Shown: positions 25,015-27,404 of the stretch, one piece after another
Layout of the letters: each line of letters starts with the position of its first letter
Position numbering within the stretch: position 1 is the stretch's first letter
Source: a virus
Lineage: Duplodnaviria; Caudoviricetes
Length of the DNA: 27,404 bases
Virus record (IMG/VR): IMGVR_UViG_3300032053_000419
Location: 1 to 27,404 of that record
Direction: 5' to 3' (one strand)
Made by a program: the position numbers and the translations under genes
Notes under the pieces: generated by a model
What the model was told of the DNA's origin: nothing
The model's database searches: none
The model's input: only the letters and a program-made list of their open reading frames with translations

Positions 25015-27404
25015 ATGACACTTGCGCTTAACACGGGTGAAACGATCGGGGGGGTGGCGGGGACGGCTTCGGCCGTAGCCTGCGTCATCACCGGGGTAGA
25101 GATCGCGGGCGGCGTGGAGGCCTTCAAGGTGCTCTACCAGGGGCTGCTCGACGACGAGGTAGGCACGCTATACACCGTGCCGACCTCCACTATGGTCATT
25201 GTCCGCAACGTCGGCCTGACGAACACGTCGGGGGACTCGGTGGGCGGAGTCATTATCTACGTGAACGGCGCCGACGCGGCGCACCAGATCTGCGGCAGCA
25301 CCACGATACCGGCCGGGTCGACGTTCATGCGAACCGACTCTGGGTGGGTGATGACCGACAGCACCGGGGCGCAGCAGTCGAGCGGTGGTGGTGGAGGAGG
25401 GTCCGGTGACGTCGTGGGCCCGGGGTCTGCGACCGACGACGCCATCGCGCGGTTCGACACCGAGACGGGGAAGTTGATCCAGAACTCCCTCGCCACCGTC
25501 GACGACGCGGGCACGGTCGACGTCCCGTACGGGCAGGACTACACGATCGACGGCGTGGCCTCCAGGCTGTGGGACAGCATTGAGTACTATGTGAACTGCG
25601 ACACCGGCGACGACGGCGCCCCGGGGACCGTGGGGGAGCCCTTCGAGACCGTGCAGCACGCCCTGGACCTGCTCCCAAAGAACCTCGGCGGGCACAACGC
25701 CGCCATCTACTTGCAGGACTCTCCGAACTACGCGGAGTCGATCCTCGTGACGGGCTTCTATAACGGGGAGATCGACTTTATCGGCGGCACCCTCGTCTGG
25801 TCGGGCGGCATAATGGTCTCGATTATGGTGAACGAGGCGATCGTCTGGTTCTCTGGCATTGGCTTCTATGTCAACGAGGACGATATGTGGGCCGTCGCGT
25901 CCCTCCAGACCGCCCCGGTCCTCTTCGATGCCTGCAAGTTCTCGAAGGACCCGTCGGTGTCCGGCACCGCCGGCGTCTGCCCGACGTTCGGCACAGTCTG
26001 GCTGTTCGGCATCACGCCCCCGGGGGCCGGGGTCGAGGTCGACTACGGAGTCCTCGCCGGCGCCGGCTCCACCGTCTTCTACGACGACACGTCGCAGTTC
26101 GGGACGGAGTTTGTCCACTACCCGAGCACCGAGAGCATGGTGATGACCGAGGGCGGCTTCATGGTGAGCGGCCCGGGGCCCGAGGTCGGATCGACCGACG
26201 CCGCCGTCGCCGTCATGGACGGCACCAGGGGCGTTAAGATCAGGGGCTCTCTCGTCACGATCGACGCGGACGGCTCCGTGAACATCCCCTCCGGTGAGGC
26301 CTACGGCATCGACGGCACCCCCCTCGCCTACGGGGACGTGGGCGCGGCCGCGGCCGATCACGAGCACGCGGCGGGGGACATTACCTCTGGGAGCCTCGAC
26401 GGGGACCGGCTCCCGGCCCTCTCCACCGACAAGCGGGGCGGCGTGGCGGCGACGGGGACGCCCTCTGGCCTCTTCCTGCGGGACGACGACTCGTGGGCGG
26501 CGGGCGGCGGCGCCTACCGGCGCCCCGCGACCATCGTGGTGGCGGCATCGGACTCCAAGGATACAACTAATGCGGATTATGTCTGCCCTGCCACGGACGC
26601 CCTGGACTACATCACCACCACGGTCATCCCGGCCATGCCCGCGGCGGGGGGGAAGATCCTCTTCCTGGAGGGCACCTACACCGTGAATACGAACAGCAAA
26701 CCGATGGTGCTGAATCAGGGGACCGTGGGGATCGAGATCGAGGGCATGGGCGCGGGCACCGTGTTCAAGCACGGCGCGAACTCCATTAACAGCAAGCTAA
26801 TCCAGCTCTCCGGGAACAACTCCGGGGTCGTGATGGTCCGCCGGATCACCTTCGACAATACGGGAGTATCCGCCACGTCCTCCACCGGCATCGATAACTC
26901 AACCACCACCCCCCTGCAGGTGCAGGACTGCACATTCAAAGCTCTGTCATGGGGGATCTTTGGGTGGAATGCAGACATCTTCCGCTGCCGGTTCGTCTCG
27001 ACGTCAGAGTATGGGGTCCACTCGGTCCGGGACACCTTCACGCTAATCAACTGCGCCTTCAGCTACTCAAATGCCTACCTCATCGAGGGGAACTCCGGTA
27101 ACCACCGCATCCAGAGCTGCGACTTCACCGACATAGCAAAACTCTATATCGCCCGGGGTGTGGTCGTTGCCAGCAAATTCACGAACCGCGGGATCGAACA
27201 GCTAACCGGAGGGTCCGTAGGGCTCCACGTCCTCGGGTGTGAAGTCTCGGTCGTGAGCGGAGGCGCGGGCGATGCCCAGTGCGTCCTACTGGATGGGATC
27301 GGGGGGATCGTGGAAGGGAACACCCTAATTGTCCAAGAGGATGCCGATAAACCCTGCGTGAAGATCGCGGCTGGTGGGTCCGGGAACATGGTCCTCGGGA
27401 ACAT
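25015..27404 (+). CDS. Tail fibre/tailspike with predicted beta-helix (pectin-lyase-like) modules; truncated by the window end and absent from the ORF track
   Basis: Open frame from ATG 25015 to the end: MTLALNTGETIGGVAGT..., GDVVGPGSATDDAIARFD, YYVNCDTGDD...PFETVQHAL, ATIVVAASDS...ADYVC...GGKILFLEGTY, then xDCxF repeats. Confidence 0.8.
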   Translation, partial: MTLALNTGETIGGVAGTASAVACVITGVEIAGGVEAFKVLYQGLLDDEVGTLYTVPTSTMVIVRNVGLTNTSGDSVGGVIIYVNGADAAHQICGSTTIPAGSTFMRTDSGWVMTDSTGAQQSSGGGGGGSGDVVGPGSATDDAIARFDTETGKLIQNSLATVDDAGTVDVPYGQDYTIDGVASRLWDSIEYYVNCDTGDDGAPGTVGEPFETVQHALDLLPKNLGGHNAAIYLQDSPNYAESILVTGFYNGEIDFIGGTLVWSGGIMVSIMVNEAIVWFSGIGFYVNEDDMWAVASLQTAPVLFDACKFSKDPSVSGTAGVCPTFGTVWLFGITPPGAGVEVDYGVLAGAGSTVFYDDTSQFGTEFVHYPSTESMVMTEGGFMVSGPGPEVGSTDAAVAVMDGTRGVKIRGSLVTIDADGSVNIPSGEAYGIDGTPLAYGDVGAAAADHEHAAGDITSGSLDGDRLPALSTDKRGGVAATGTPSGLFLRDDDSWAAGGGAYRRPATIVVAASDSKDTTNADYVCPATDALDYITTTVIPAMPAAGGKILFLEGTYTVNTNSKPMVLNQGTVGIEIEGMGAGTVFKHGANSINSKLIQLSGNNSGVVMVRRITFDNTGVSATSSTGIDNSTTTPLQVQDCTFKALSWGIFGWNADIFRCRFVSTSEYGVHSVRDTFTLINCAFSYSNAYLIEGNSGNHRIQSCDFTDIAKLYIARGVVVASKFTNRGIEQLTGGSVGLHVLGCEVSVVSGGAGDAQCVLLDGIGGIVEGNTLIVQEDADKPCVKIAAGGSGNMVLGN

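Noticed and set aside
1610-26772. Long minus-strand ORFs (e.g. 1610-2830, 4541-5800, 12390-13865, 21648-24221, 25168-26772)
   Set aside because: Antisense shadows of GC-rich + strand genes, with no recognisable motifs

Overview
This window is the complete DNA-packaging, head and tail morphogenesis operon of a GC-rich tailed dsDNA virus or provirus (siphovirus-like layout). All genes are on the + strand and most are translationally coupled. Gene order: terminase small and large subunits, portal, MuF head protein, an accessory effector block, ChaB-protease-scaffold fusion, decoration protein, encapsulin-like HK97 major capsid protein, head-tail connectors, tail tube, frameshifting tail chaperone, tape measure, baseplate and fibres (last gene truncated). 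Several indirect signals suggest an archaeal host: sequon-rich secreted proteins, a VAGC lipobox, TATA-like boxes, AGG/ATA codons and a TTT-CGC +1 shift site. The most striking feature lies between portal and protease: four consecutive genes each carry the same ~25-aa peptide (F[EQ]PGHxx[YF]NPDxxRDExG[KR][WF]xxGG) directly before a different enzyme domain. These domains are a topoisomerase IB fused to MuF, two R-S-E ADP-ribosyltransferases and an HExxH metallopeptidase. This looks like a tagged, modular capsid-cargo or effector system. All calls come from motif reading and synteny; no database searches were run.
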